DNA from: Elusimicrobiota bacterium
GTDB taxonomy: Bacteria; Elusimicrobiota; Elusimicrobia; UBA1565
Length of the DNA: 64,000 nucleotides
Reading direction: 5' to 3'
Assembly (NCBI GenBank): GCA_043819795.1
Contig: JBDREN010000083.1
Location: forward strand, 1 to 64,000
Numbering within the stretch: position 1 is the stretch's first letter; the number at the start of each line of letters is the position of its first letter. Below are positions 27,640 through 37,900 of this stretch, one piece after another. The notes beneath the pieces were generated by a model, which saw nothing but the letters and a program-made list of their open reading frames with translations, had not been told where the DNA came from and searched no databases. Made by a program: the position numbers and the translations under genes.

Positions 27640-27840
27640 CCCCCAAACCGAAGCGCCCCTACGACCTCATCGGCTTCGACTGCTGCGAAACGCTCAATCA
27701 ATATCGAGTTCGGGCTGGAGCAGGCCGGATACCGCCCCTACCGCCGGATCGTGGCCGCCGGTCCGCCGCCCGCCGCTGAATTTGCTATATAAGGGAAGCC
27801 GGCCGGAGCGGGAGGTACCCGTCACGCCGGAGCTTCACCC

Positions 27841-28869
27841 ATGAGCCCGGATTCGCCGAAGAAAATCCTCGTGATCGTCCTGGACAATCTGGGCGACGTC
27901 GTCATGGGAAGCTCGCTGTTCGGACCTTTGCGGACGGCGTTCCCGCGAGCCGCCATCGGGATCTGGGTCAAGAAATACGCGGCCGGGGTATTCGACCTTC
28001 AGGGCTCCTCGATACGGGTGCACGCCGCCGACCTTTTCTGGGACAAGTCCCCGGGCCGCGGGAAAGGAGGCTGGAGACCGTTCCTGAGGACCCTGGGAGA
28101 GATCCGGGCGGAAGGCTACGATCTGGCTTTCGTTCTGAACGCCGAATGGAGGCGCTCGCTGGCCTGTCGGTGGGCGGGGATCCGCAACCGGGTGGGCCAC
28201 GGGAAGAGGAAAGCCGGGATATTCCTCTCCCGCGCCGTCCCCGCGACGGGCGGGCGCAAGCACGTGGTCGAGGAGCACGCCGAGCTCTTCGCCGCTTGGA
28301 CCGGCGCGCGCCTTCCGCTCTCCCGCTTCAAGCCGCAGATCGGCTTGTCCGACGGGCAGAGAAGGCGCGGAGAGGAGTGGGAATCGGGCCTGCGGTGGTC
28401 GGACAAGACCATCGTGGTGCTCCACGCCTTAACGGGCGATCCCGGGAAGGATTGGCCTCTGCGCAAGTGGACCCGGCTCGTCCGGCTCCTGTCCCGACGG
28501 TCGGATGATTTCCGCTTCGTCGTCCTCAGCTCCCCGAAAGAAGCGAGCGTCCTTAACGGCGTCTTCGAGGCGTTTCCCAAGAGCGCCCTGCGGGTCTCGG
28601 TGGGTTCCGTGTCCGAGATCAAGCCGATCGTCTCCCGGGGCGACATATTCATCGGCGGGGACTCGGGCCCGGGCCATCTGGCCGCCGCGCTGGGGGTCCC
28701 GGTCGTCTCCCTCTTCGGTCCGACCGATCCGGACCGCTACAGGCCGATCGGGGACGCCCCCATCAAGGTCATCCGCCGCGATCCTTTGAGCGAGCTCTCC
28801 GTCGACGAGGTCATTGAGACCGTACTGGCGAGCAAGGCCTCGAATTTCCTAAGCTTCGCTACTCCGTGA
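27841..28869 (+). CDS. Glycosyltransferase family 9 (heptosyltransferase-like)
   Basis: DNLGDVV, KDWP, FIGGDSGPGHLAAALGVPVVSLFGPT. Confidence 0.92.
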   Translation: MSPDSPKKILVIVLDNLGDVVMGSSLFGPLRTAFPRAAIGIWVKKYAAGVFDLQGSSIRVHAADLFWDKSPGRGKGGWRPFLRTLGEIRAEGYDLAFVLNAEWRRSLACRWAGIRNRVGHGKRKAGIFLSRAVPATGGRKHVVEEHAELFAAWTGARLPLSRFKPQIGLSDGQRRRGEEWESGLRWSDKTIVVLHALTGDPGKDWPLRKWTRLVRLLSRRSDDFRFVVLSSPKEASVLNGVFEAFPKSALRVSVGSVSEIKPIVSRGDIFIGGDSGPGHLAAALGVPVVSLFGPTDPDRYRPIGDAPIKVIRRDPLSELSVDEVIETVLASKASNFLSFATP

Positions 28870-28894
28870 AGCCGGAGGCCAAGCGAGACATCCC

Positions 28895-29590
28895 ATGAAC
28901 ACACCCGCCGCCAAGCGCGAACTTCGCGATTTCAGGTCCCCCCGAGTGATCCGAGCCCAGAGCAACGTGGTCCGCCTTTGGCACGCTCGTGAAGGGCGGA
29001 TCCGCACCTGGCAGGACGCCCGCCGGAGGATCCCGACGGCAAGGGGCCGGCTGCGCGAACTGGCGTCCTCGATCGCCAGGATCAACAGCTACCAGTGGCA
29101 CGAGGAGGACAAGGCTCGGGCCACCGGCGTCCGCGATGGCGTGATCGCCCGGATCAAGCGGAACATCGACGCGTCCAACCAGCGCCGGGTGGACGAGATC
29201 GAGAGGCTGGATTCGTGCCTGGAGACGTCTCTGAAGGAGCTGGGACTCCTTGGTGATCCGCGACTACCCTTGAGCTCCGAGACGCCGGGCAGCATCGCGG
29301 ACAGGATATCGATCCTTATCCTCAAGATCTATCACATGAGCGAGCAGCGTCGCAGGAAGGACGCCACTGCCGCCCAGAGGCGGAGGTTTTCCGGCAAGGT
29401 CCGGATATTGAAGGAACAGCTGGCCGATCTCTCATCCTGTCTGGACGCCCTGATGGAGGACATCCTCGGGAAGAGTCGGCGGTTCAAGACCTATTTCCAG
29501 CTCAAGATGTACAACGACCCGGAGACCAACCCTTACATGAGAACCGCCCGGCGAGGTCAGGGCTCGCGCAAGCCGACCGCCCATCGCTGA
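28895..29590 (+). CDS. DUF4254 family protein
   Basis: QWHEED..R, KRNIDASNQRR, SETPGSIADRISILILKIYHM, YFQLKMYNDP..NP. Confidence 0.85.
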   Translation: MNTPAAKRELRDFRSPRVIRAQSNVVRLWHAREGRIRTWQDARRRIPTARGRLRELASSIARINSYQWHEEDKARATGVRDGVIARIKRNIDASNQRRVDEIERLDSCLETSLKELGLLGDPRLPLSSETPGSIADRISILILKIYHMSEQRRRKDATAAQRRRFSGKVRILKEQLADLSSCLDALMEDILGKSRRFKTYFQLKMYNDPETNPYMRTARRGQGSRKPTAHR

Positions 29591-29602
29591 CGGTACGGCT
29601 CC

Positions 29603-31027
29603 GTGCCGAAGCCGGAACCGACACCGCGGCCGGAGACCCCGCCCATAGCGGGACGGAAGCCTTCAACGCCTGGGCCCCGCGAGCGAGGGCGAGCGGGACG
29701 GACGCGCCGGCTGCTGGCCTTCGCGTTGCTCGCCGGGGCGTTGGCGCGCTTCGCAACGGCATTCCTCTATTGGGAAGCGCCGCTCAGCCCGGGCGGCGAT
29801 GACCTCCAGTACCATGAGCTGGCCTCCGGGATCGCTTCCGGGCGGGGATACCTCCTGCAGGACGAGCCGAGCGCCTACCGCGGCCCTCTCTACCCCCTCT
29901 TTCTGGCGGCGGCCATGCGGGTGACGGCCAGCGACGCGCCCGGCGTCCTCCGGCTCATCCAGGCGATCCTGGGCCTGCTGGCCCTCTGGCTCGTCTACCG
30001 TCTAGGCGCGGCCATCCATTCCCCCGAGGCGGGCGCCTGGGCGGCGATGCTCATGGCTCTCTATCCGGAGCAAGTCCTGCTCCCGACGTCGCTCTACACC
30101 GAATGCTTCTACGCCTTGATCCTGCTCGTCGTGGCGTGGGCGCTCGCATGCTGGCGGCAAGACCCCCGGCCGGCGCGGCTCGCGGGGCTCGGCGCCGCGA
30201 TCGGCCTGAGCCTGCTGACGCGTTCGACGCTGGCGGCCTTGCCCGTCCTGCTCGCGGCTTGGCGGCTCGCGGAGCTCCGCGCCGGACGACGGTGGCTGCG
30301 GGAAACCGCCCTTCTCGCCGTGACCGTTCTGCTGCCGCTCACGCCCTGGATCGTCCGCAACTACGCGCGTTTCGGCAGGGTCATCCCCATGGAGACCGGC
30401 GTCGCCGGTCCCGCGTTATGGTACGCCTCCAAGGGCTGGGTCACGGCGCCCTCGGACATGTCCAGCGTGGAGCCGATGAGGACGATGTACCGGAGGCTTC
30501 CGCATACCGAGTGGGACCGCTTCGCGACGCCGCGAGCCCTGCGCAACATGCGGGCCCGCCCGATGGCGTATCTTCTCGGATGCGCGAAGAGGGCTCTCTA
30601 CCTTTGGACCACCGCATACACCCCCTACCTGCTCTACTACCACCACCGCCTCTCGGCGTGGATGCAGAGCGGCGGCCGCTGGAGCTGGATCGCCCTGGGC
30701 GACTGGCTCCTTCGGCTCTGCCTGATCCTGCCGGGGGCCTGGGTACTGCTCCGCAGCGCGCGAAAACGCGGCGGAAGCCTTCAGCGCCTGGGCCCCGCAC
30801 CGGCCTCCAACGCAAATCCAAAGGGAGGCCGGCACGGCGCCCCTACCGGGGTGGACGCCGCGAGCACGGGCGAGCGGGGGCTTTGGGCGGTGGCCGGTTT
30901 GGTCCTATACTTCCACATCCACGTCTTCGCGACGGTCTTCGTCCGCTACATGGCGCCGGTGACGCCCCTGCTGTGCGTCCTGGCCGGGGCGGGGTGGGCC
31001 GAGTGGCGAGCCTCGCGCCGAGGCTAA
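29603..31027 (+). CDS. GT-C (ArnT/PMT-like) membrane glycosyltransferase; start uncertain
   Basis: DDLQY, AYRGPLYPLFLA, LYTE, PWIVRNY, RY. Many TM helices. Confidence 0.8.
   Translation: MPKPEPTPRPETPPIAGRKPSTPGPRERGRAGRTRRLLAFALLAGALARFATAFLYWEAPLSPGGDDLQYHELASGIASGRGYLLQDEPSAYRGPLYPLFLAAAMRVTASDAPGVLRLIQAILGLLALWLVYRLGAAIHSPEAGAWAAMLMALYPEQVLLPTSLYTECFYALILLVVAWALACWRQDPRPARLAGLGAAIGLSLLTRSTLAALPVLLAAWRLAELRAGRRWLRETALLAVTVLLPLTPWIVRNYARFGRVIPMETGVAGPALWYASKGWVTAPSDMSSVEPMRTMYRRLPHTEWDRFATPRALRNMRARPMAYLLGCAKRALYLWTTAYTPYLLYYHHRLSAWMQSGGRWSWIALGDWLLRLCLILPGAWVLLRSARKRGGSLQRLGPAPASNANPKGGRHGAPTGVDAASTGERGLWAVAGLVLYFHIHVFATVFVRYMAPVTPLLCVLAGAGWAEWRASRRG
29654..29696 (+). repeat. 43-bp dispersed repeat, copy 3
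   Basis: CGGAAGCCTTCAACGCCTGGGCCCCGCGAGCGAGGGCGAGCGG. Read as RKPSTPGPRERGRA. Confidence 0.9.
30772..30877 (+). repeat. 43-bp dispersed repeat, copy 4, split by a 63-bp insertion
   Basis: 5' part 30772-30798 and 3' part 30862-30877. CCGC occurs at both junctions. Confidence 0.75.
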
Positions 31028-31860
31028 TAATAGACGCTTCGCGTGTCGGGCTGACGCTCCGATACGCCCCGGCGCCAGAGAAGGACGCCCGCGACCAGCA
31101 GTCCCGCCGACGAAAACCACTGGGAGGGAGAAAGGGCCGGCCACAAGAAAACGCCGCGGTCGTCGCCGCGAAAGAACTCGATAACGAAGCGCATCAATGA
31201 ATACAAGAATATGTAGCCGAGGAACGACGTGCCGTGGGTGAAACGCTTGCGCTCGATGTTCGGCAGCACGTAGTAGAGGAGAAAGAGCAGCAAAGCCAGC
31301 TCCCCCGCAGCCTCGTAGAGCTGGGTCGGATGAAGCGGCACCCCCATCAGCCCTTCGGACACGCTGCAGCCGGGATGGCTGAACGTCACGCCCCACGGCA
31401 GCGCCGTCGGCCGTCCGTGACAGCAACCCTGAGCGAAGCATCCGAGCCTGCCGAAAACATGCCCCATGGGAAGCGCGACGATCAGATAGTCGGCCAGGGG
31501 TAGGTACCGCCGCTTCTCCCGGCGTCCGCGGTTGAACACCCGCTGGAACGCCCAGCCGGCCAGCATCGCCCCGCCCAAGGAGGTCCAGAACACCCAGCCG
31601 ATCTTCCAGCTCGACAGCATCTCCCGGGGCTCGGCGAGAAAGTCGCGCCATTCGACGACGAGGAACCCGATCTTCCCCCCCGCCAACCCCCCGAGAACGA
31701 GGCTGTAGATCAGGGCCCAGAACTGGCCGGGGGTCTCTCCCGGAGCCTTTCCCCGAGGCCGCTCGACCCAGAGCCAGAGGATCCCCAGAGCGGCGCCGAA
31801 GACGACGAGCAGGCCGTAGAGCTCGAGGCGAAAAGGACCGGCGGTGAAGAAAGGCAGCAT
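31024..31860 (-). CDS. lgt: Prolipoprotein diacylglyceryl transferase
   Basis: YG motif, GRLGCFAQGCCHG, HPTQLYE, RFVIEFFRGD, SQW. Confidence 0.92.
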   Translation of the reverse strand: MLPFFTAGPFRLELYGLLVVFGAALGILWLWVERPRGKAPGETPGQFWALIYSLVLGGLAGGKIGFLVVEWRDFLAEPREMLSSWKIGWVFWTSLGGAMLAGWAFQRVFNRGRREKRRYLPLADYLIVALPMGHVFGRLGCFAQGCCHGRPTALPWGVTFSHPGCSVSEGLMGVPLHPTQLYEAAGELALLLFLLYYVLPNIERKRFTHGTSFLGYIFLYSLMRFVIEFFRGDDRGVFLWPALSPSQWFSSAGLLVAGVLLWRRGVSERQPDTRSVYY

Positions 31861-31873
31861 AAAACGAGACGCG

Positions 31874-32413
31874 TCAGTCCATCATGCGCAGGACCCCCAG
31901 CTTGGGCTGGGGAATCAGAGACTTGCTGAGGGAGCTGACCCCCTGCTGCATGAACATGGCGACGATGAGGATCACTGCCCCCATGATGAGCGCGACGCCC
32001 GTATTGCCCCTGCCGATCTCGACCTCCTCGTCGAGGTCGCGGGTCAGCACCTGGAAGAGCTTCAGCGCGATCTGGACGCACCCGACCGAGAGCAGGAAGC
32101 CCAAGACCAGGTGGCCGAGAGCGTAAGCGGCCAGCGCGAGCACTCCGTGCTCGGCCCCTCCGCGCCCCATGACGCCGACGGTGATGATGCTGACGACGGG
32201 ATAGATCGATTGGCGCATGATCAGCGCGGCGCCGGCCATCAGCGAGGCCATCAGCACCGAGACGGCGACGTTCCCCTTCCGGATCTCGGCCTCGGCGTCG
32301 AAGGCCGTGTTGAACCGGACGAAACTCTTGTAGCTCCAGAATACGATGAAGACCGACAGGACGATCGAGAGACCGAATTCCGCCAGACTAATCAAAAGAC
32401 GCGTCCAGAACAT
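31874..32413 (-). CDS. DUF350 domain membrane protein
   Basis: Two repeats (EIRKGNVAV / EIGRGNTGVA) and four TM segments. GGAGG SD before ATG 32413. Confidence 0.75.
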   Translation of the reverse strand: MFWTRLLISLAEFGLSIVLSVFIVFWSYKSFVRFNTAFDAEAEIRKGNVAVSVLMASLMAGAALIMRQSIYPVVSIITVGVMGRGGAEHGVLALAAYALGHLVLGFLLSVGCVQIALKLFQVLTRDLDEEVEIGRGNTGVALIMGAVILIVAMFMQQGVSSLSKSLIPQPKLGVLRMMD

Positions 32414-32427
32414 CGAACCTCCCGTGT

Positions 32428-33519
32428 CTAAAGGTCGAGCGGCTGGATCCCGAACGAGTTGCCCGCCTCGAGATAGGCCCTCGTCGTGTCCCCGACCCGG
32501 CCCGGCGGCAGCCAAGCCGGACCCGCCGATTCGATCATCACGAAGGGGAACCCCTCGTGCTCGATGAATACGTCTCCGCTGCGCGGCACGCGCTGGACGG
32601 CCATCAGGTAATGCCCGGGGATGGACAGTCCCACCATGCGCAGATTGGGCCAGCTCATGAGGATGCTCGCCAGGACCGCGGTCTTCGTGTCGCAGTCGCC
32701 CTGCCCGAGGGCCAGGGCCTTGGGCGGCGGCAGCATGCCCGCGATGACGCGGGAGCCTTCGCTCCTCCCGGGGACCTCGTAGCGCATGGCGGTCTGCACC
32801 ATGGCGGACGCCGCCCCCACGAGGTCCTCGGCGTCGTACCCGCGGCGACGCGAGAGGTCCGCGAAGCTCAAGGCCACGGGCCGCACCCGTTTCCAGTTGC
32901 GCCGCACCATGGCCGGGATATCCACCTCGAGGATGCCCTTTCCCTTCAAGCGGAAACCGGAGCGATCGAAGACCTCCAGCCGCCGCCGGCGGTACTCGCG
33001 GGCGAGGTCGGCGATCGTCCGATCCAGCTCCTGCTCGATCCGCGCGTTCTGGGCCTTGAGCCTCTCCATCTTGCGGGCGAGCTCCGCCCGGGTCTTGGCC
33101 GTCACCTTTCCGCTGACGTATCTCCCCTTGGCGGCGGCGATCGCGCTCTCCTGCGACCTTTTGTACCAAGCGTCGAGATCATCGAGCTCGTCCTGGCTGT
33201 AGCCGAACTCGCGGACCGAATCGGAGACCGTCCCGGAGTCCAGGCTCGCCTTGACCGACAGGACGTCCCCGTTGAAGTTCTTGAAACCGAACTCGAGGGA
33301 ATAGCCATCCGGACCCTGGAGGATCCGGCGGTACGGGGGCGTCCTTTGGCGCGCGTCGCCGGAACCCATCGGCTCGAAGGGCCCGAAGCGGCGGGGCTCG
33401 AGCCGCTCGGCCGCGTGCGCTCCTCCCTGGTGGATCACCCAGGTAAAGCCCGCCAGATAGAGATATACCGACAGGGCCGAGAGGGCCCACCAACGCCCGC
33501 CGCGGGCTAGGCCGAGCAT
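32428..33519 (-). CDS. Membrane-anchored transglutaminase-like protein
   Basis: VQTAMRY, GDCDTKTAVLASIL, PGHYLMAV, IES. N-terminal TM. Confidence 0.7.
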   Translation of the reverse strand: MLGLARGGRWWALSALSVYLYLAGFTWVIHQGGAHAAERLEPRRFGPFEPMGSGDARQRTPPYRRILQGPDGYSLEFGFKNFNGDVLSVKASLDSGTVSDSVREFGYSQDELDDLDAWYKRSQESAIAAAKGRYVSGKVTAKTRAELARKMERLKAQNARIEQELDRTIADLAREYRRRRLEVFDRSGFRLKGKGILEVDIPAMVRRNWKRVRPVALSFADLSRRRGYDAEDLVGAASAMVQTAMRYEVPGRSEGSRVIAGMLPPPKALALGQGDCDTKTAVLASILMSWPNLRMVGLSIPGHYLMAVQRVPRSGDVFIEHEGFPFVMIESAGPAWLPPGRVGDTTRAYLEAGNSFGIQPLDL

Positions 33520-33555
33520 GTCCGGATTGTATTCGCATTGGGAGCCCCTGGCAAG

Positions 33556-33581
33556 GGGTAGAACGCGAGGGTAGAACGCGA
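33556..33581. repeat. 13-bp direct tandem repeat in an intergenic region
   Basis: GGGTAGAACGCGA occurs twice. Confidence 0.8.
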
Positions 33582-33637
33582 GGATGGGGATTCGCGACGC
33601 GAATCTTCAGCCTTGCGCGACCTCACCGGTCCTTTAA

Positions 33638-33658
33638 GTCGGGCGCAAAGCGCCCGAC
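33638..33658. terminator. Perfect 9-bp hairpin downstream of the PorV-like gene
   Basis: GTCGGGCGC-AAA-GCGCCCGAC. Confidence 0.45.
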
Positions 33659-33729
33659 GTCTCAAGTATCTTTGCGGAGCTAGGCGGCGATCGCGTAGAA
33701 ATTCCGGTTCAGGACCTGGCTCATGCCGG

Positions 33730-34920
33730 TCAGTAGATCCATCCGGGAGCGGTGCGTCGCTTCTCCGGGACCCGGCGTCGGGGACGCCGCGCAGGCTCGA
33801 GGGTGCGAGGGACCTCCTCCTCGATATCCTCGAGCTCCTCCCTCTCGGGCATGCTCTCGATGAAGGGACGCCGCCGGGACTCCCGCTGCCGCGCCGAGAC
33901 CCAACCGAACCGGTAGGTGAATCCGATGCGGTGGGTGTCGCTGAAGGTCTCCGTCATCCCCCAGGCGTAGTCGATGCCGATACCCCGCCAGGAAGCCCCG
34001 AATCCTATGGTCAGCCCCACCACGTCGCGGTTGAGCCGGTAGCCGAGCCGGAGCGCGTGCTGCTGGAGCACGGAGTACTCCATGCCGAGATTCACGTACC
34101 ACTGCCGCTCGAAGGTGAGGTACTCCCCGTCTGCGGCGAGCAGCAAGGCCCTGCTCTCTCCCAGCGTCACCGCGCCCGGGAGGGCCGGCCTGTAGGCGAA
34201 CCCGCCGCGCACGGTCAGCGGCAGGGGATCGCCCTCCTCGATGAACCGCATATCGCTGCCCAGGTTCAGGACGGAGGCCCCCGCGGTGACGCCCACGTCG
34301 GGAACGTCGAGGAAATAGCCGATGTCGCTGGCGAAAGCGGTGGCCGAGTACGTCTGCGCCAAAGTCGACCGGACGAGCTTGCCGCTGACACCCAGGAAAT
34401 GGTGCAGGCCGACGGGGCCGCGCTTGGTGTCGATATCGAAGCGCCCGAGACGCTCGGAGTAGCCCACGGAGAGGACCAGATCCCCCCCGGCGCTGAGGGA
34501 CTCCGATCCCAGGAAAGAGCCGTCGGAAGCCGTCCGGTTGACCTCGATGGAGCCGTGCTGCGCGAAGAGCAGGCTCGCTCCCAGCGAGGCGTATCCGGAG
34601 CCGATGATCCCGGGCAGCGCAAGCGGAGTGCCGGCCGAGATATGCTCGATGGTCTGGTCCTCGATGCCCTTGAGGTACATGAAGCTGACCTCGCTGTGGT
34701 CGAGGTTGCTCAAGCCCGCGGGGTTGTAGAAGAGGGCCGACGCGTCCGAGGCGACGCCCGTGAACGCCCCGCCCATTCCCACCGCCCGCGCGCCCACCGG
34801 CAGCTGCAGCACCGGCGCGGCCGTCACCCCGGGGTTCTCCGCTGCGAAGCACGGCGCCCCCGCGGCGGCTCCCGCCGCCCAGGCCGCCGCGAAAAGAACC
34901 GTCGGCCGCATTCTCAGCAT
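33730..34920 (-). CDS. PorV/PorQ (UPF0164) family outer-membrane protein
   Basis: LQLPVGARAVGMGGAFTGVASDASALFYNPAGL, DPLPLTVRGG, LRLGY, IDYA, THRIGF. Confidence 0.88.
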   Translation of the reverse strand: MLRMRPTVLFAAAWAAGAAAGAPCFAAENPGVTAAPVLQLPVGARAVGMGGAFTGVASDASALFYNPAGLSNLDHSEVSFMYLKGIEDQTIEHISAGTPLALPGIIGSGYASLGASLLFAQHGSIEVNRTASDGSFLGSESLSAGGDLVLSVGYSERLGRFDIDTKRGPVGLHHFLGVSGKLVRSTLAQTYSATAFASDIGYFLDVPDVGVTAGASVLNLGSDMRFIEEGDPLPLTVRGGFAYRPALPGAVTLGESRALLLAADGEYLTFERQWYVNLGMEYSVLQQHALRLGYRLNRDVVGLTIGFGASWRGIGIDYAWGMTETFSDTHRIGFTYRFGWVSARQRESRRRPFIESMPEREELEDIEEEVPRTLEPARRPRRRVPEKRRTAPGWIY

Positions 34921-34933
34921 CGCGTTCAGGCGT

Positions 34934-37900
34934 CTACTTGACGACGATCACCTTCTTCGTCTCCCGGATACCCGGAGCCTCCAGGTTCAGCAGATAGATG
35001 CCGCTCGCCACGCGGCTGCCCAGCCGGTTCGCCCCGGACCAGTCGACCGAGCCCTTCCCGGCCGGCTTGAACTCGTCGATGAGCGTCAGCACGTGCCGTC
35101 CCGTGCGCGTGAACAGGCGCAGGCGCACGTGGCCCGCGCTCTGGATCTCGTAGCGGATGGTCGTGAACTCGCCCCGACTCGGATTGAAGACGTTGTTGAA
35201 CGGCGTCAGCGCCGTCCTGTCGGCCGTCAGGTTGATCGCCGGCGAGAACCCGAGAGACTGCACGTGTCCGAGCGGGTTCCCCCCGAAGACCTCGAGGTGG
35301 ACCGTCCCGACGGCCCGGAAGCGCTCGTTGAAGCCCGAAGCGAGCGCCAACGTCCCGCTGACCCTCCCGAGCCCGTTGCTCGAGGAGACGAACGTCAAGA
35401 AGGGAGAGGCTCCGTCGGTCGCCGTCCCCGGCAACACCCGGAGCGCATGGTCGCGCAGTCGCGCATGATGGAACATGTAGTTCTGCGACGTCACGAAGGT
35501 GGCCACGCGGACCTCGAAGCTTATGACGTCGTTGTCGAACGACGCCGCGACGATGCTCGACGCGACCGGGCCGGCCCGGCTGTACTCGGCCTCCAGCCCG
35601 TAGAACTCGGTGGAGTTGTTGTTCGTGACCAGAGCGTACTCGTCCCCCTCCGGCGCCGAGACCACGAGGAAGTACTGATCGGAGCGGGGGCTGACGTACT
35701 CGAGCACGACCTTCCGGCTGCTCGTCCGGCAGCCCGTGTCGGGACAATAGCCCCCGAGCGTCGGATTGATATCGATCACGGGCCCGGCCTTCCGCACGAT
35801 CTCGTAGCGCGAGTCGATGAGCGACATCGAGTAGGCGCGGTAGGTCCCCGGAAAGCCCGGGTCCTGGGGGAGCGTCAGCGTGAGCCGGATGAGCCCCTCG
35901 GCGGCTCCGAAGGCGTAATAATCCAGATCGGCCGCCGGATAGATGCGGGCGCTGATGACCGGCGCGGTCGTGATGTCCGTCGCGGACTGGATCCCGTTGT
36001 TCGGCTCGTAGACGTCCTCGTCCGGCGGGTTGAGCACGATGTTGTGCAGCGCGAAGGCGTTCACGATGTCGCCGCCGCGGAGGTTGTCCCCCCCGCAGGC
36101 CGCCACGAGGGCCGCGGCGCGCTTATCGACCTCCAGCATCGCCTCCAGGAAATCCTCAAAACTGTCCGGAAAGAAGAACAGCGCCTGGAACACGAGCCCG
36201 TCGGCGCAGGCCTGGCCGTTGGCCGCGCCCAGCTGGGTCATGAGCTGTCCGCGCAGCCCCCACACAGCCTGGCTGATCATGCGGCTGTCGTCGTGGATCG
36301 CGCCGGTCCAGTGGGCCGGGAAGATCACACAGGCCGTCTCAGACGGGCAGTCCAGCTCGCGCAGGGCTCCCTCGCTCTGGAACCCGACGTTGGCGTACGT
36401 TCCTATGGCGCTGTTCCCCAGCGAGCTCGCGGCGAAGTAGTCGGCGAGGGCCTCCGAGATCGCTCCGAACTGGCCGAAGTTGATGATCGGATAGATCTGG
36501 TCCACGACGAAGTGGACGTACTCGTGTCGCACCACGCTCGCGTCCAGCGCCAGGCTGTTGCCGACGTCCCCGAACATGAGGTTCTCGTGCAGCGGGTCGT
36601 AGAAAGCGTTGGAAAGCCCCGGCCCCGCTCGAGCCATGACGGGCACCGGCTTGTCGATATCGGCGCCATCCGCGCTGTTCGGCCCGTCGGCGAAATAGTC
36701 GTGCATCCTATTGATGTGGTAGAAGAGGTTTATCTCGTCTTCGGTCCCGTCGAAAGTGCGGGCCGTGGTCCACGTGAAGGTCGCCGTCGCGTTGTCGCTG
36801 GAGCCGGGGCTGTTCGTCAGATAAAGGTAGCTGGAGTGGCTGATGTCGAAGCCGTTGCGCGTGCCGCTCTCGTTGGACTTCAGCCGCAGGCGCAGCTGCG
36901 TGCCCGCCACGGCCGCGCCGTTGAACGGGCCCCGATTGCCCAGGTAGCCGGCCACCGGGTAGCCGTCGGCGTCCAGGATGGCGACTTGGTCGTCGTCGGT
37001 GATTTCGAGATCACCCGCGAAAAACTCGATGCCTCCCACGTCGAAAGAGCTGAATACCGGCAGGAGCTTCACGGCTCCGGGGGCATCCTGCGGCGTCGCG
37101 TTGATCGTCGAGATGAGGACGGCGTCGTTCGAGTAGGGGTGCGGCGAGGACAGCGGCGTGGAGAAGGTCTTCCATTTCCCCCCGCCGTTGTCGTAGTGGG
37201 CGTTGGGGACGTTGAAGTTGGCCACATGGACGTACGGTCCCTGAAGGGAGGTGAAGATCTTCCCCGCGGTCTGGCTGCAGAAGAACCCGTTCGCGTCGGT
37301 CAGGGCGAAGGTGCTCGAATCGACCACGTAGACGCGCTGGTTCTTGAACGGCCGGACGGACAACGGCGAGGTGCCCGCGTCTATGTCGTAAACGTTCCCG
37401 GTCACGGTCCCCGAGCTCGCGCACGCGGCCTGGAACCGGAGGTCGTTGTAGCGCAAGAGGATCTCGCCCGAGCCCGCGTCCACGTAGTAGATCCAGCCGC
37501 CGCCGCGGCCCGAAACGCGGAACCTCCACGCCAGACGCACGGCATCGGAGCCGCGCAGAGGGAAGAACACCAGACGCCCTCCCCGAGGCCGCGGCGCCGC
37601 GCCGCCCAGGTCCGCCGCGGCGCGCAGCGCGGCCGCGGCCTCGTCGAGGCGAGGCACGGGGGATTCCCGGACGCCCGGGCGGTAGCTCGACTGGAGGCTC
37701 AGGATGGCGCCGGCCTCGTCGAGGTGCACCTTGACCCGCGAGAACTCGACGGGGACTCCCTCGACCACCTGCTCGAACAGAAGGTGATGGATCCCGCCCG
37801 CGGTGCGCCCCAGCTCCAGGCGAAGCTCGTCGGCGCGCAGACCCAGCTCCGGGCCGTATTCCCGCAGGAAGGCCACCGCCACCTCGCGCGCCTCCACTCG

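Noticed and set aside
33620..33680. c-di-GMP-I riboswitch-like GGGCGCAAAGC string
   Set aside because: The upstream GGCAAAC/GNRA stem is missing, and the string is explained by a simple perfect hairpin.
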